A stretch of DNA of 64,000 nucleotides from Macrostomum lignano. Taxonomy: Eukaryota. Positions 62,601 through 64,000 of this stretch are shown in pieces (position 1 is the stretch's first letter; every line of letters begins with the position of its first letter). The translations under genes were made by a program, and so were the position numbers. The notes below the pieces were generated by a model, which saw only the letters and a program-made list of their open reading frames with translations, searched no databases and had not been told where the DNA came from. The stretch is taken from contig NIVC01003207.1 in assembly GCA_002269645.1 (NCBI GenBank), forward strand, positions 75,004 through 139,003. The letters run 5' to 3'.

Positions 62601-63679
62601 CTCTCTAGAATTTTCGTGAAGAGAGAGTTAAGGGTTGGGACTGCTGCGTATTCCTATCGCTAACAATTGATTCTTTTCTTTTGTGAAGAAAGATACTTCA
62701 CTGATTTCAGCAAGTAAGCGTACTCGTAAATGTACTCAAGTCTGTGTCTGTCTGTTTTTTCGTTTTTTCAACCCTCCAGTCCAATGCTGTCACAGTATCT
62801 GATTTAGTGCTTGTTTTTATAGGGCCTAGTTGGTATGATTTGTTAGTGCAATGTGTCCGGATTCCTGCTTCTTTCTATTTATACATATATACAATATTCG
62901 AAATCTTGGCAACTCTAACTAAAGTGACTTTTTTAGTCCTTTCACCGTGTCAGCGACTGAGATCGGGAGTGCCCTCTTGATTGATTTTTTAGCTTATTGA
63001 AATCATGCTCGATCAACATCGACTTCAACAGAGTATGAAGTTTAAGAATTATCAACTTGCTTTTTCCGTCATGTCTATGTCTATGGGCAAAACCAAAGCT
63101 ACTGCTGCCAAATGGAATTCTCAACTAAGGACAACTTGATAACTTGTCCTTGTTCTCAACTTGATTTTATGAATTGTCAACTTTGGCTGACAAAAGCAAT
63201 GGTAGATTGGTGTCTATGGTTTGAAGGCAGATAAATGATCTACTTACTAGATATAACAAAAAGCCATTTGAGCAAGCACATTATCAGAGTATATTCTTAC
63301 GAGTGTCAATATTGATTTCAAAGTATTGAAGAATGATTTAAGCGTGGGATACTTATAGTCATGTAGTCATATAGTCAAATTTAATTAAAAGAAATTGGAA
63401 TTAAAGAAGTCATGAAGCTTTTAATTTTTCCATTGATTATCTTGGCAGTGGAAGCTTTCTATCTTACATGGTATATTCAGCCTTTCTGCTGTTTTTGTAT
63501 CTGGTTAATCAGGTTTCAGTTTCTTTTAATGGATTTTCTTGGAAGACAAGCCCAGCCAAACGATGAATGTGGCTCACACGACATTTGCATGGCTTTAGAA
63601 GTCTCATTTTGTCATGGCGTAGTGCACTTTTACAATTACAGCTTCAAATAGCTGCGCACATTTCTGACTCGTGTTAGTG

Positions 63680-63860
63680 CATAAAAAAATGAAAAGTGCC
63701 TTGCCTATTCATCCATCGTTGCTATCGAGGAAAGCAAACTTGGTGGATACGGAGAGAGGCTATCAACAACCCGGCAGGCCAGAAATTTTACTTTTCAAAA
63801 ATTCATTCCTTCAGGCCATCATAGCGATGGAATGGAACGGGGGTTCTGGTTGGTGAATTG
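63680..63860 (+). mobile_element. Possible decayed CR1/L2-type LINE C-terminal remnant
   Basis: LFKNSFLQAIIAMEWNG resembles the FKNSFFP.TI.EWN motif. Short and weak. Confidence 0.25.
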
Positions 63861-64000
63861 AGAAAAAGACCATTTCTGACGCGAGCAGTCGAGGGGGACA
63901 CGGACAGGAAAGAGGGAAAATGACAACGACACCCAAAGCCAGCAGCATAGGTTAAGAAGTTTTCGAAGCATTTTGACTGAATAGCTGGCATTCTATAATA

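Overview
Eukaryotic (invertebrate animal) genomic DNA. The style resembles a free-living flatworm such as Macrostomum, but that is inference only. The window has three zones. (1) 0-20.6 kb: four co-directional minus-strand genes (SLC25A51-like mitochondrial carrier, menin, CCR4/CNOT6 deadenylase, and a protein with a TOX4-type C-terminal Cys/His motif). All eight of their coding introns and the spacers between the genes carry a minisatellite or microsatellite array. (2) 20.6-30.7 kb: a strongly CpG-depleted block of decayed transposons, including a ~1.28 kb mariner split at its GDETW motif by a hAT-like element with a 6-bp TSD. (3) 30.7-64 kb: an F-type lectin cluster (three signal peptide + PAN + FTP genes and one triple-FTP pseudogene) among many mobile elements. 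These include an uninterrupted 5'-truncated R2-type retrotransposon ORF outside rDNA, RTE-like and RNase H-bearing LINE fragments, several MITEs, and a foldback element with 161-bp modular arms in an AAA|TTT site (Spy/PHIS-like). No rRNA, tRNA or CRISPR array was found. Exon boundaries were read by hand from GT/AG signals and checked for phase. Family names come from remembered motifs, not database searches.
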